A stretch of 64,000 bases of DNA. Origin: Eledone cirrhosa (taxonomy: Eukaryota). The notes under the pieces were generated by a model. That model saw nothing but the letters and a program-made list of their open reading frames with translations. It did not search any database and had not been told where the DNA came from. Position 1 is the first letter of the stretch, and the number at the start of each line of letters is the position of its first letter. Shown one piece after another: positions 29,937-44,484 of this stretch. The position numbers and the translations under genes are program-made. The stretch is taken from the NCBI GenBank assembly GCA_964016885.1, contig OZ024740.1, forward strand, positions 388,244,001-388,308,000, written 5' to 3'.

Positions 29937-30948
29937 TAGCAGCAGTACCCAGCGTTGCCTGGGTAGGTTAAATAATATCTGCTTTGATGAAAAGGTGTTG
30001 ATCTTAGCCACTGCTTCTCGATGACTCATCTATGGCCACATACAGGCCGTGCGGAGGAGGGTGGTGATGACCTCTATCACTGAGAAATGCGGGTGACTGA
30101 CGAAGGGGCATGCTGGGGGAGGGAGGTAATGACCTCTAACACTAAGCCAAATTTCCTCACGCTACTTGATTGGAAACCGATGAATTCTCAAATACACAAC
30201 TAAAAGCTCAGACGACGTCAGTGGCCATCGTTTTGCCTTTGACCATCTATAAGATGTGCAATGATAGGTTCTATCGTAGTATAAAAGGCGAACCAAATAA
30301 ATTGATTTATGTGTGAGGTGGAGCCGAAGTTTCGAATTTGAACGAAATCGGTTGAAAAATGTCGGAGCTAAAGCAGAAAAGGCGGAAATTTGAGCGAAAA
30401 GGTGGTATTTTCGAATATTTAAGCGGCTGCCACGCCGTTCCTGAACAAAAAATCCAACATGTAAACTCATTTTAAGACGTGAAATAATCAGATCTAGCGT
30501 ACTGTAAAATTTGAACAAAGTAGGTTGATTAATGTGGGAGCTAGAGCCGAAAAAGTGGAAATTTGTGTCTAAAAGTGGTATTTTTGAATATTTAAGCGGC
30601 TGCCACGCCATCCCTGAACAATAAATGCAAAATATAAAGCCATTACAGGATGTGCAATGATAAATTCTATTTTGCTTAAAAATCTGAACGAAATCGATGG
30701 CAAAATGTGGGAGCTAGAGCCAAAAATCTTATTTTTCGATACCTAAAAAAGATGACCCCCCCTATCGAGTTTTATCTGCAGAATGACCCGGAATTAAAAA
30801 CACGATACGCTGATATATAGAAAAAACTCCCCGATGACTAATGTATGAGCCTGTAAAGTTTCATGAAAATTGGTCGTAAGATGTAGGCCCCTATAGGTAA
30901 TACACAGACACAGACACACACACATACTTAATTTTATATATATACAGA
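29936..30948 (-). mobile_element. Non-autonomous Helitron with both ends intact
   Basis: Minus strand: 5' A|TCTGTATATATATAAAATT with (GTCT/GT)n; 3' hairpin ACCCAGGCAACGCTGGGT, 7 nt, then CTAG|T. Inserted between A and T with no TSD. Internal ~175-bp repeats at 30330-30740. Confidence 0.88.
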
Positions 30949-30957
30949 TATGTGTGT

Positions 30958-31001
<44 letters not shown>

Positions 31002-31829
31002 GTGTATGTATGTATGTATATGTGTGTGTTTGTACGTAACTGTTCATACATGCGTACACGCAAGTATGTGAATGTGCATTTATGTCTGTGTGTAAACATA
31101 TGTGACGCACACGGGTATGTATGTATGCAAGTATGGTTATGCTGGTGTGTGTATTCTTTATCCGCTCATATATCTATCTTGTGTATGTAACTCAGAGACA
31201 TTACCCACTCATCTATCCATCTACTCATTTATTTACTCTTTAAATTTTACTTAACCCCATTCATTCCATTAAAGTAATAATTGATTTATTTATTTTGAGA
31301 TTTCAATGTAAAACTTTCTAAAACTCCCCAGATACCTGTGTGTGCTTATATCTATGCAGTACACATACATATAATATATACACCTTATCCCAAGTTACCC
31401 ACCCATATCATCCACTTTACTTATATTTAAATCCTTACATTTTACTTCTTATTTTATCCTATTCACTCATCTACGTATTAATTTACTTAACTATTTGCTC
31501 ATTTATTTCTATATAATCACTGTTAATGTATTCTGTTCTTAAAAATACTCCTTCAACCTGTTTATACACAGTCTTACTCCTCACACACCCACTCCTATTC
31601 CAATGACCATTATATCCCTCCTCCGTCTACTCCACTACTAATCCCACCCACACTATTTCCTTCTCCTGACTGACCCCTTGCCTTTCCAGATACACTTACC
31701 ATTATCTGTCCCAACCACTTTCTCTATCAACCCAGTTTACTACTATGATAAATACGACCAAAGCACCACAAAGACTAGTGACCAATTTTTTCCACACTCA
31801 TCACTGAAGTGAAATGTTGGTTGAGATGG

Positions 31830-33480
31830 CTCTTTCTTGTGTATGGATCTCAAATCTGTTGGCGGTGCTCTGTTATTCTTTATCACAGTATTTGTCCTAT
31901 TTGGCCATGTAGTGCTCATGGAAACGCTTATATTTTACAATATATATTAAAATGTTGGCGTTGTACGAAGAAGCTATTTTAAATTCTGAAAATATTTGAA
32001 GTGGAATAGATAGTTGTACACCCCACAGTTAGGTCGGTTGTGTTTCCTCACTTCAGGTTCTTTAATTCCGGTTTGCAGCTTTGCATTTGATAGTATCTTT
32101 TTAGTGACTTGGACTGTCATTTACTTTTTATAATTGGGTAATTTTGTAAGAAGTATTTAATTTTTTTTCTCCTTTAGTAATATAGTTAGGTTTCGTTGTG
32201 TGTGTGTGTAGAATTTTTCGTTAAAAAGTTGAAATATGAGCTATGACTTCTCTTTTTTATATTTTTGTTTCTCGGAGTACTTGAATATTCATTTGTCTTG
32301 CTTTTTGAATTCTATTATTGAATAGGTTCTGAGGGCATTATCGCTTAACGAGTGGGATTGGCAGTATCGGTAGAGAGATAGACTCCTTGCTGTCCAGCAT
32401 AGTTACGTCCCGTTACGGACTGAGTTGAAATCCCGCCGAGGTTAACTTTGCCTGTCATCCTTACGGGGTTGATCAAATAAAGTACCAGTAATACACTGGG
32501 TATTTGCTGGCTTTGTGCCAAAAGTAGAAACAATTGTCTCTTAACAAGTATTTTTTTCCCATCTCCACTAATTTTGTGGATTCTTGTTGTTTGGTTTGAG
32601 ACTACTGTGCAGATTCGCTTAGCTAAGTTGTGGAATATTGGTACGACTATGTGTTAAATGAGAAAATGTTAAAAGGAGATATTGTCGGGAGTCGGTGGGT
32701 TTGAAATATATGTCAGTCTCTAGATTTATGTTTTTTTTTATTAATATGTCCAAGAAGATAAGTTTTTCGTCACTGAAATCTATAGTGAATGTTAGGGTTC
32801 ACATTGTTGATGAGGGTTTGAAATTTCTTTAGTTCAATAATTTCTCCCCACAGAATAAAACAGTAATCCAGGTATCGTTTCCAGTTTTATTTGATACAAC
32901 TGAATTCGCACCCATAAACTTGTGAGGTTTGTTTGTAGATTTGTAATTAATGGTATCGCATGATTATGTTGTCGTATATTGGCGCAAATGTTGTCGCCAT
33001 GGCTCATCCTGACTTTTGTTAGAAGGCTTTTTTGTCGAACATGAAGTAGTTGCTTTTTAAATACGGTTTGGTATCTCATAATAGAATGAGTGCAGTCATT
33101 AATTGATAGTCTCTATTCCATAGTGGTGTATAATATAGATTCACAACATCGGTGGATGATTGAGTATATCTAGATCATTTCGTATGAAGCTCCGAATGTG
33201 AATGAGGAGATATTTCAATAAGATATCTAAGAAGTTGCTTAGTTGATGTGTTACAAATCGGGCGTGCTATGATACTCCTCAGTTTTAAGTTGGTTTGTGC
33301 GGGTATATTTACACGATTGGTTTTCTTCTTCTTGAATGTCTTATTAATCACTTCCTTCTTGTGTATATTCGGCAAACCACAGAGATTAGATTTTTACTTC
33401 AAATATTTGTAATTCCTTATATTAGACAGTTCCGGAATGTTTCATCACTTTACGAAGATTACTTTTTTTAGTTTCTTCAT
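31830..33480 (-). mobile_element. Penelope-like element, decayed RT plus GIY-YIG, interrupted by a SINE
   Basis: Minus strand: KLRSIIARPICNT, AMATTFAPIYDN, LIFLDILIKK..ETDIYFKPTDSRQYL, NIPQ..LAKRICTVVS, NILIYIVK (endonuclease). Many stops. Confidence 0.75.
32347..32535 (+). mobile_element. Nin/Deu-domain-like SINE nested in the PLE
   Basis: GGATTGGCAGTATCGGTAGAG..AATCCCGCCGAGGTTAACTTTGCC..AAATAAAGTACCAG..TTGTGCCAAAAGTAGAAAC. Confidence 0.85.
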
Positions 33481-34069
33481 ACTATGTATTATCCTGCAGC
33501 ATGTGCTGCAAAGTGTTTGTGTATTGTTTTGTGTCCATAATGACTGCGGCGCCCCCTTTCTGAGCTTCTTTTATGACAATATTTTCGTCTTTTCTAAAAC
33601 CATGTTCATAAATAAAAACACATTAGGGGCATTTTAAAATCTTTATTATTTTTCTTATATAACGCGATTTAAATAAAAATCTTTATTCTTCCATCATTTT
33701 CATTCTCTTCTCTCTTTCTCTTTCTTTCTTTATATATTTATATATATTGGAAAAGTAAATAACAACAACAAAGAGTTCATTTGGTGTTAGGTATTAGGTT
33801 GACGCATATTTTGGTTTCTAGTAATTCCCTGGGGAATTGGTTGACCAAATGCTTTACTTAATTGTTTTATTTATCTTTTAAAAAATGTCATTCTTTCTCT
33901 TATATTTCAGGTATTTTTTGAAAGCAAAGCATTGGCCCCCTAAAATACTACAGTTGGCCCTGCAATACTAATGTGGGTTCTTGCAATGCTGCCGTGCACT
34001 TTCCATTGGGCAACCTGGCAACCTAGCCAATCCGCCACGGCATATATATATGTATACATCTATATATAG

Positions 34070-34163
<94 letters not shown>

Positions 34164-34179
34164 GTATACATACATACAT

Positions 34180-34780
34180 ACATGGTGGCTGCCAACTCGT
34201 TTTCGAGTACAGCCACTACTTTATATCCATGCAGGAGAACTCCCACCGATGCGCCGAACGAGTGTGACTTTGCAGTCCAGCCAGCGACTTGAAAACTCTG
34301 GTACAAACACCACACTTGTGACAACCTTTGACACAGTGCTGGCCCCACGGCACCATGTGACGACAAGTGCAGAGAGATCTCCAGATATAAAGCAATGCCT
34401 GTGCCGTGAAGCTTTTATAGTGAGCAAAGGCACTGCACAAAGCCAGTCCCACTCTCTTGACCAAGATGATATTTACCAAAAAGAAGAACAAGTCAACATC
34501 ATTGGATACCATCAGGGTTGCAGGTGTTATATCAGAGTTTTCCTTCTCCTAGAATTCTGCCTTGACAAAGGCTAAGGGGTCATCTCTCCCGGTGATTTTG
34601 GATGGCCATTGACTCTTAAGAGCTCCTTTGCCCTTTGACAGGTTTTGTTTTTAGTCCTGCAGGATGTCCAAAGTCACCCTCCTCCCCAAGAAACCTTGGT
34701 GGGGTTGCCAGTTTAGTCGCCAACGACCCGACCATGAGACAGGTTGTACTGGGATACATGTTACCAGTAGCATCAACATT
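34180..34780 (-). mobile_element. Probable RTE-clade LINE 5' UTR fragment
   Basis: The minus strand has TTGTCAAGGCA..TCTAGGAGAAGGAAAACTCTGA, a motif I recall from RTE 5' regions (not verified). GC-richer block bounded by microsatellites. Confidence 0.5.
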
Positions 34781-35029
34781 CATACATACATACATACATA
34801 CATACATACATACATACATACATACATACATACATACATACGTATACATATATATATTCTCTTACTATGAGGCTTTATACCCTTATAGTATGGAAATAGC
34901 TGTCTGAAGATCTAATTCTTTCCATTGGAAATTCTCTTAATTTCCAATCTTTTGATTAGTGAAACCGTTGGTGCTATAAATCCTATCTTAACTGAGGAGA
35001 ATATTAATCATTACACGCACACATATATG

Positions 35030-35145
<116 letters not shown>

Positions 35146-35279
35146 TGGTTATATATATATATCAGTATGTGTGTACATGTGTATGTGCATCAGTGTGCGT
35201 GTACATAATACTACAAGCTAAACACGCTATTCTGATATACGAAGAGCATATATTTGAAGAAACCCTCAATTATCCCTTC

Positions 35280-35900
35280 GACGTCCGCCTCGGAATTATT
35301 GACCAAGCAATTGTACACAACCTTCTTCGATTCTTTCTATTACACAATCTTCAGGCTAATATAGATGGCTTTTAGAGGGATGATGTACTACTTCTAACAA
35401 ACCCTAAAACTAACTCCCTCGACATTCTCAGAAAGTATCTCCACTGAAACTCTAAAAACTATTAGTTCTCGGTTATAGTTCAAACCACTTGATATTTATA
35501 GACTTCGTTGATGTGACACTACTCTTCACACGTTCTTTTTAACACTAATTATGTAAACAGAATGAAAACTCAAATTAAATACACAGACGTTTAAGACCCC
35601 CCCCCCCCTCCCCCCCCAAAAAATGCAAGAAACATAACTTAGTAAAAAAAACATGCCTCTTAGGATGTCAAGTCTATCTGAAAACTTCGAACAATCTATA
35701 ACAGTGTAATGCTATATAACACAATCCTAGAGTAATCCTCCAAAGCGACTGTACCAACCATTCTCTGTGTGTCCTAAACTAAAGCTGGTTTAGAAAAGAA
35801 GTGTAATACCAATGCACGTTCATCGCGGTTGATTTAAAACAAATCCTAGATCGTTCATACCACCAACGAATTCAATAACCGACACAACTTATTTCACTGT
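35280..35900 (+). mobile_element. Highly decayed Penelope-like RT fragment
   Basis: GF*RDDVL (compare GLYRDDGL), DFVDVTL (compare DFLDVTL), LRMSSLS. Confidence 0.45.
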
Positions 35901-36177
35901 TCCAGTACGAATCCGGACTCAACATTAAATCTCACTGACCATATCTGGGAAAGAAGAAATTCATACTCTACAGTCTGAAAGAGACTATCATAGCAACTGA
36001 AAGACATGCTTCAATCAGAAAAAGACAACAAAACATGCAGAATGTAACTTACAGGGGACTATGAATGAAATAGTAAACACAAACTAACTTAAACTAAAGA
36101 GATCGTCTAAAAGATTATTCTTCTTTAGTGAAACATATTGAAAATATTTCAATAATTAAAGTCTATAATATACCCTT

Positions 36178-36365
36178 AATAATTGTTTCTACTTTTGGCA
36201 CAAAGCCAGCAATACCCCAGTGCATTACTGGTACTTTATTTTATCGTAAGGATGAAAGGCAAAGTTTACCTCGGTGGGATTTGAACAAAGAATGGCAAGG
36301 GCCGTAACTCTATGCGTCAAAGCATGGCGTCCGACCCTCTACCGATACTGCCAATCCACCCGTAA
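36178..36365 (-). mobile_element. Nin/Deu-domain-like SINE
   Basis: Reverse complement of the family at 32347. Confidence 0.8.
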
Positions 36366-36714
36366 TAATACTCCACCCTCATACCAAATCTTTCCTAAAA
36401 CAACAGATTATTTCAGGCTAATTCAAAAAACTGAACCTCTTCATATCTATATATAATACTAAAGGTCTGTGATTACTTGCTTGCTTGTCTGTAATGTAAT
36501 ACAGCCAAAAGGGCGCATAATGGAAAAATACTTTGAAAGGAAGGTGACACTTACATGGGAATACAAATGGAATAAAACAAGTTTCGCATATATCGGAGCA
36601 CGGGTTCTCGAGATATGTGGTTTTTCCGAGTACCTTCATAAACAGAAAGAGAAAAAGAAAAACAGAAACATAGAGAGAGGGAGAGGAAACAGAGAAGGAG
36701 AATGTGGAAGATAG

Positions 36715-36776
<62 letters not shown>

Positions 36777-36886
36777 AGTGCTGTTGCTGTGTATATATAT
36801 ATTTGAGTGTGTGTATATATATATGTGTGTGTGTGTGTATATGTGTGTGTGTCTATGACCAATGCATATATATCACAGACCCCCAC

Positions 36887-36940
<54 letters not shown>

Positions 36941-37425
36941 GCACATACATATATATATGTATACACAAACGCATATTTTTATATATACATACACACACGT
37001 ATATATATGGGTCTTCCAGTTTCATTTCACATTATATACACAAGCAGAAAAACCACCCTTCGGGTGGTTTTCAGTTAGCCTGTGTAGTGTCTATATTGAT
37101 ATTTTACGCAAGTATATATGCATGTAGATATGATATATCAAATAAAATCGTAATTGACAATATACACATAAATTGAACGAAGACTGTGTTACACTGTCTT
37201 ATTTAATCAGTAAAGTAATCCATGATACATTAAAAAAAAGACAATATTATATATAAAGTGCATTAGGAGAAAATTAGTGATGGAAATATATGAGTATTTG
37301 TTTAAGCGATCGCCACCGGAAGTGTTGACAATTGAAAATTTTAAAGAAGTGAATCTTTAAATAAATAATAAAATATATTTAATGAACAGTCACGAAATTT
37401 AGTAGATAAATTATGTAATATTCAT

Positions 37426-37572
37426 CAGCATAGAGTTACGGCCCTTTATGATCTGAGTTCAAATCCCGCCGAGGTTAACTTTGCCTCTCATCCTTACGGG
37501 GTCGATAAAATAAAGTACCGGTAATGCACTGGGTAATTACTGGCCTTGTGCCAAAAGTAGAAACAATTATTT
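37426..37572 (+). mobile_element. Nin/Deu-domain-like SINE, 5'-truncated
   Basis: GAGTTCAAATCCCGCCGAGGTTAACTTTGCCTCTCATCCTTACGGGGTCGATAAAATAAAGTACC. Confidence 0.85.
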
Positions 37573-38458
37573 ATTCAAAGTAATCCAACTTATTTTACTA
37601 AGGGGATAAAAAATTATAAACTGTACGCAATCCCGCACTTCTTACTTTATTATAGTTTAGATGACTGTGTATATTTTAATTATTTAAAAATGATTTTTAA
37701 GTGAACATGATTTTAAAATATATATTTTGAAGTGAACGGGTTGTCTAGTACCTTATAAACTCTTCTCCACAACTTGTTTTCCACCAAATCCTTGTATTTT
37801 TATATTTTTATCTGATATACTTTCATTTCCAGTTCATAAATCTCTAAGATTTTAGTCAGTATCCCTTCTGTATCGAAATATATTTTTGTTGCGGTGGGGT
37901 TCGTGGGCGTGCTCGTATGTTTATGTATATGTGTAAATGCGTGAATGTTTATGTACATATACAATTCTACTAAACCTCTGTATTTTCAAATTATCCACTG
38001 ATACCTACTCAACGTCCTACACATGTGTAAACCCATATCATGAATGTTTACCACAACAATAGTTACTCAGCAACATTTTATTATGGAGAAAAGAGGCCAA
38101 CTACAACATTAACGCAAGTCACACCACTCACAACGACCTACATGATTTCCATACTACGCCAAACACGTTTTCGTGTCACTCCTCAACGGTAAAACTCTAT
38201 TAATCATCTTTTCACTTTCTTGACATTAACTTTTCAATATTTTATACACGTTCAACTTTTACTATCATAGCCAATATAATCTTTCTTCTTTTTTAAGACT
38301 TTTTCCACAGGTCATTATACGATCAAACTCTTTCAAAATATTAATTGTCTCTTTTTCCTTTTTCAAGACTAGCTAATGCTGTTTTCTCTAATCTTCACTT
38401 CTCCATGCATCTCTTTTAACTAATAATTCAAAAACCTTTTTTTTTAATATTATTATTT

Positions 38459-38882
38459 CGATTGGCAGTATCGGTAGAGGGTTTGACGCCATGCCTTGCA
38501 GCATAGAGTTGTGTCCTTTTACAGTCTGAGTTCAAATCCCGCCGAGGTTAACTTTGCATTTCATCCTTACGGGGTCGATAAAATAAATTACCAGTAATAC
38601 ACTGGGATAATTGCTAGCCTTGCACCAAAAGTAGAAACAATTATTAGTTCTTATACCAGTAGGGGGGGGGGGGGGGCTGTATTGATAGAGGGTCGGCCGC
38701 CATGCTTTGCAGCATAGATTTACGCCCCTTTATGATCCTTTATGATCTGAGTTCAAATCTCGCGAGGTTAACTTTGCCTTTCATCCTTACGGGGTCGATA
38801 AAATAAAGTACTGGGGTCAATTTAATCGACTTTCCCCTCCCCCAAAATTGCTGGCATTGTGCCTATATAAGAAACCATTATT
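38459..38882 (+). mobile_element. Two tandem Nin/Deu-domain-like SINEs
   Basis: Family body at ~38459-38646 and ~38680-38882, separated by a poly-G run. Confidence 0.85.
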
Positions 38883-39880
38883 TCTCATACCAGTAGCTTT
38901 GAATGTTTATTCATTTTCAATTATATATATATATATTTAATTTTATATATTGTTTCAACATTGTTTCAGCCCTATTATCGTTCGCTTTATTTTCGAAGCT
39001 TTGCCCACTTAATGCACTTATTCAATTCTTATGCAGACAATCACACCTTACATTTTTCTAAATAAATGACCATCGCTAAAACTTACTAAACGCACATCAT
39101 TAAGTATAACTGTCACTACAACTTTCCAATTCTCTATGTCCTTACATCATGCGGCTAAACTCAAACGCTTTTCTTAATCTCTCATATATTGTATCACATC
39201 TGTCTCTTTCTGTGCTATCATACACTTCTTTAATTCATCCCTATCTCCCATCAACTTCATTCCTCTTATATATATATATATATATAAACACATACGCACA
39301 CACTACCGCTGTGACCCCTCCTCTACCTGTTTTGCTCGATTTGTGGTCCCATCACGTTATCATATCGACTCTCTCCTCTCTCTCCCCTTTCTCTCTCTCT
39401 CTCTCTCTCCCTCTCTATCCATATGCTCGTTTACGCATGTCGTAAACCCTTTTGGATTATCTCCATTTCCCTTCCCCCCTCACTTCCGGTTTCTCCATCT
39501 CTCCCTCTCTCTCTCTACACTCACTTTGCTGAGATCTCACGGAAAAACATCGCTCCGCAGTTATTTGACCAAAGGACTTAAGTCTAATCGGTTCGTTGTA
39601 ACTTATTCTATTTTCTCCTGGATTACTCACTTGCATGTGCCATTGACCTGTGTCTCCCCTCCATTCGGTTTATTTACTTCGTTTTTCCTCTTTCCTTTTT
39701 CCTCTTTCTTCCTCTCTCTTCACTATTTTTTCTTTTCTCTCCCTCGTGGCCTTTTGATCGATAAAAGGCCTTGGGCACGCTGCTGATCGATGTCCTGTTT
39801 TAAGCGCCGAAACATCTATGATCGCAGTTAACAGCTGACGAAGGGTTTCTTCTCTTGTTTACGTCCATATTACTATCTTA

Positions 39881-39966
<86 letters not shown>

Positions 39967-39974
<8 letters not shown>

Positions 39975-40421
39975 TTGAGGTTGGTAATGGCACATGGAAT
40001 ATATAAGAGACAGAATACTTTTTTGTGAAAAAACATATAATTTTATAAGGTAAGGAAATAATAAAGGGTATAAAAAATGACCGGTTTCGATGGGTCTGCA
40101 AAAGCCATCTTTTCAAATGTTGATTAATATTAAGAAAAATTAATAATAAGAAGAGTTAAAATTTGAGATTTGAAAATTCAAGTATAAAATTCATTGTGGG
40201 ATTTCATAGTAGTTTTCATCTTATATATATTTGGAGGCCATTTCTCTGTGTGTGGGTGTATGTATGTGTATATGTGTGTGTGTGTGCATGTGTGTGCATG
40301 TGGATGTATGTATTGTGTGTGCGTGTGTGTGTGTGTGTGTGTATGTATGTGTGTATCTGGATGTATGCGTATGTGTATATATATATGTGTGTGTGTGTAT
40401 ATATATATGTGTGTGTATGTG

Positions 40422-40454
<33 letters not shown>

Positions 40455-40546
40455 TTGTATGTGTATATGTATATATATGTGTGTGTGTATGTATGTGTGG
40501 GTGTGTGTATGTATGTATATGTGTGTATATATATATGTATGTACAC

Positions 40547-40611
<65 letters not shown>

Positions 40612-41283
40612 TGTGTATCTGGATGTATGTGTATGTATATATATGTGTGTGTGTGTGTATATATATATATATGTGTGTGTATGTGCATATATGTGTGTGT
40701 GTATGTGTGTATGTATATGTATGTGTGTGTGTATGTATGTGTGTATATGTATAATATATATATATATATATGTGTATGTATATGTATATGTATGTATGTG
40801 TGGATGAAGGTATGTGTGTATATATAGGTGTAAGTGCACTAAATCCCTTTCTATCAATCTCCCCTCTCCTACCGAGCACAGGAAGATATATGTATGTATA
40901 TTGCTTCCACCCCCTCACTGACCAGCAGCTGGCCATCTGGCCATTGCTAAATTTGACCTTTATAAAATAACCCACACCCCCAAATAACTTCTCATTCACT
41001 ACCAGAAGCAGTCAACGAACTGCTACCAAGATGAAAACTACTATGAAATCCCACAATGAATTTTATACTTGAATTTTCAAATCTCAAATTTTAACTCTTC
41101 TTATTATTAATTTTTCTTAATATTAATCAACATTTGAAAAGATGGCTTTTGCAGACCCATCGAAACCGGTCATTTTTTATACCCTTTATTATTTCCTTAC
41201 CTTATAAAATTATATGTTTTTTCACAAAAAAGTATTCTGTCTCTTATATATTCAATGTGCCATTACCAACCTCAATTTTCTCT
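39967..41283. repeat. 256-bp inverted repeat (one mismatch seen), each arm carrying a U3-A8 hammerhead variant
   Basis: 39967-40222 is the reverse complement of 41028-41283; flanked by microsatellites. Confidence 0.92.
41129..41176 (+). ncRNA. Minimal hammerhead, U3-A8 variant (mirror copy at 40074-40121, minus strand)
   Basis: AACAT-TTGAAAA-GATGG..CCATC-GAAA-CCGG-TC-ATTTT; stem I pairs 4 of 5. Confidence 0.65.
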
Positions 41284-41314
41284 ATAACCTTCGTTTTGTG
41301 TAGTAAATTACACT

Positions 41315-41422
<108 letters not shown>

Positions 41423-41869
41423 ATATATATATTACTATCTTACACTTTGTTTACAGTAACCACACAGCCCGCTACGTTTCTTGTATTTTTTTATATATAT
41501 TTATACACATACAAATTATATATATATACACAGTAAATTGTGTGTTTAAAATTACGAGGGCTGTTATATATATATATACATATATATATACATATATATA
41601 TATATACATATATATATATGTAACATTTCCCCAAGACATAGTGATGTGAATAGACTTTTTTTTTTCACTAGAATACTTTTTCGTTTTGCCACTGCCCTGT
41701 TTCCTGAATCTTTCTATTTCTTCTTTCATTTCCCATTCCACCCCATGACGAAGGGTTAACATCCAAAACGTGAACACCCTATTCCTACTATGTCAAGCGT
41801 AAAAGTAATAATATATATCTTCATTCTACTGTGTCGTTTGCTCTGTTATTTCTGTTTGCCTTTTGCACA

Positions 41870-41995
<126 letters not shown>

Positions 41996-42056
41996 GTGTG
42001 TGTGTATATACATGTGTGTGTATATATATATATATGTATATATATATGTGTGTGTG

Positions 42057-42087
<31 letters not shown>

Positions 42088-42120
42088 ATATATTTATATG
42101 TGTGTATATATATATATGTG

Positions 42121-42560
42121 TATAAGTATGTACACGTACATACATATATGTATACAGACGTACAGTAGTCTGTATATATATATACACATACATGCACACA
42201 TATATATATGTACGTATGGATTCACCGAACATTTATTATAATGCTCGGCAGGAAGGTATAGGTTGCTAACGATAGCTAATAAGCTTGAAACTAGTACAGC
42301 GTTCCTTTGTCAGTGTTGAACAAACGAGCAACGATGGTTGCTGGACACTACGGCTTAATACGGGATGTTTGTTTACAAACACACCGAGTATTATAATAAA
42401 TGTTCGGTGAATCCATACGTACATATATATGTTTGCATGTATGTATATATACATACTACTGTACGTCTGTATACATATATGTATGTACGTATACATACTT
42501 ATATTTAAGTAACAGCCGTACTAAGAGTGGGAAATGGAATTTCGTTTCATTTTTTCCGTT
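42121..42560 (+). mobile_element. Inverted-arm module with central HHR (family B; second copy at 63870-64000, minus strand)
   Basis: 42121-42248 is inverted against 42384-42503. HHR at 42262-42300: GTTG-CTAACGA(G5->A)-tAGC..GCTt-GAAA-CTAG-TA-CAGC. Confidence 0.75.
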
Positions 42561-42582
42561 TATATATGTGTATATATATGTA

Positions 42583-42699
<117 letters not shown>

Positions 42700-43329
42700 T
42701 TCGAACAGGCCTCCTTAATACATTTTGAACTGTTTATTTTTAGTAGAAATCCAGAACGAGTTCAGCTAAGGCAAGGAGATAATTGACTTATTGACGCTTC
42801 GATGCAAAAAAAATATGTACATGTTTATATAGGTTTGGATATCCATATGCATGCATATGACCTCGCAAAATGTAAGTAAATCTACGGAAGGATTCACCAG
42901 AATGTCGTAATAATTAGCATTCGTGAAGGTGTTTACCTATTGTTTAAGTCTAATACATACTCAAAGGTATAAGAGGCAATTATAGAAGGGGAAGTACATA
43001 GCTGGATGCGAAGATGAATTAACAGGCTCCTAGAATACTAATATAGATGGAATAATAATCCATTTGTTCGGAAGTAGGATGAGTTACAGATTTTCTATAG
43101 TGAAGATAAGTCTATTATTATGAGTTCAATTATCTATTACGAAATTTAAGTGAAATACTATAACTATTACCAAAGTCTGAATCATATCTAATAGACCTAA
43201 GATTGGTTAGAAGCAACGAAAAGGCAGAAGGGCTTAATAGGTTACCATAATATACTAAATGGGGAGATATTTACTATAATAGAAATAATGGGAATTCCTG
43301 CGTAAACAAGTAGAAAATAATTTCAGATT

Positions 43330-44370
43330 TCCTATTTAACATTGGTAAATGGGATTTACACATTAAGAGGCATTCTGTGAGACACAAATTACATCTACGG
43401 TTGTCTACCCTGAAGGCATGCGCGACCTTAGGTTTATTGAATATAATTCAATATTGGCATATTTCAATTACCATATGTAACGGGTTAGAGAGGTAGAGCT
43501 TTATAATTTATTCTCCTTAAAAGGATTAAAGATACATGTAGTATCGGGACTATTCGATGTTGCACCAATATATACTTTGGTCTAGGTAGGTGTAGAGACA
43601 GTACATTGGTAAACTACATTCTCTATGAGTCAATTGCCATTACGTGATCATGTTTCAGGGTTTCTTCAGTGACAGTTGCGGCTAACTATTTGGTTATTAA
43701 GTCAATTAAAATGTGTACGACAGGTAGTTAAATGAAATTCATTCAGAGCTAGGTTAGCATGAATCAAAAGCTTCGATCTAATTACTCTGTTTGTATAATT
43801 AGTACTATCATAGAACTTATTAAATGTTTTCAGTTTTATGTTATTACTAGTCGCCAAATATTCAGCTAAATTAAGTGGTTTGATCGTAATAATTTGATCG
43901 TATATTTCTAAAGTAACTTATGGTATTCTTAAGAATACCAAAAATATTTCTGTATATTAGAATGCATTAAGGCTGGAGTATTATCTAATACAGATTTAAG
44001 GAGAGTATCAGGAGGAGCACTAATTGTCATTTCGATACTATTTTTGTTATTAAATTCACTATTGTTATAGCCAGAGGGTTTAAAGATCTATCATTTTTAA
44101 CTTGGATTAATTAATGAAAATTTAAATTGTGGTTTATTGTTAGGCCAAATGATATAATCATTATGGTATTCTTTTTTTTATTTAATTATGGTTATTGTTA
44201 CAAACGTTAACACGTCCAGATGTATTTTCAATTATTTCTGTGCTATTATTTCTATGCTATTCCTATAAGCTCTAGGGTTAGCAACAAAATGGGGCTGAAT
44301 GCTTTTGGGCTATATGGATCTACATTTAGCCTAATAAAAACAGTTATTAAAATTAAAGATAGAATTTGAA
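43330..44370 (-). mobile_element. Penelope-like element, decayed GIY-YIG region (upstream limit uncertain)
   Basis: Minus strand: NGN*LIENVVYQCTV..KVYIGATSNS..STSLTRYIW*LK..LCLTE. Confidence 0.7.
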
Positions 44371-44379
44371 TAGCAACGT

Positions 44380-44484
<105 letters not shown>

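Noticed and set aside
37630-37750. Possible Helitron 3' end (CGGGTTGTCTAGT)
   Set aside because: No compact subterminal hairpin and no clear 5' TC end.
41744-41802. ATGACGA-AGGG..TCC-AAAA-CG..CG-TA hammerhead-like remnant
   Set aside because: Both core halves are mutated and there is no stem I.
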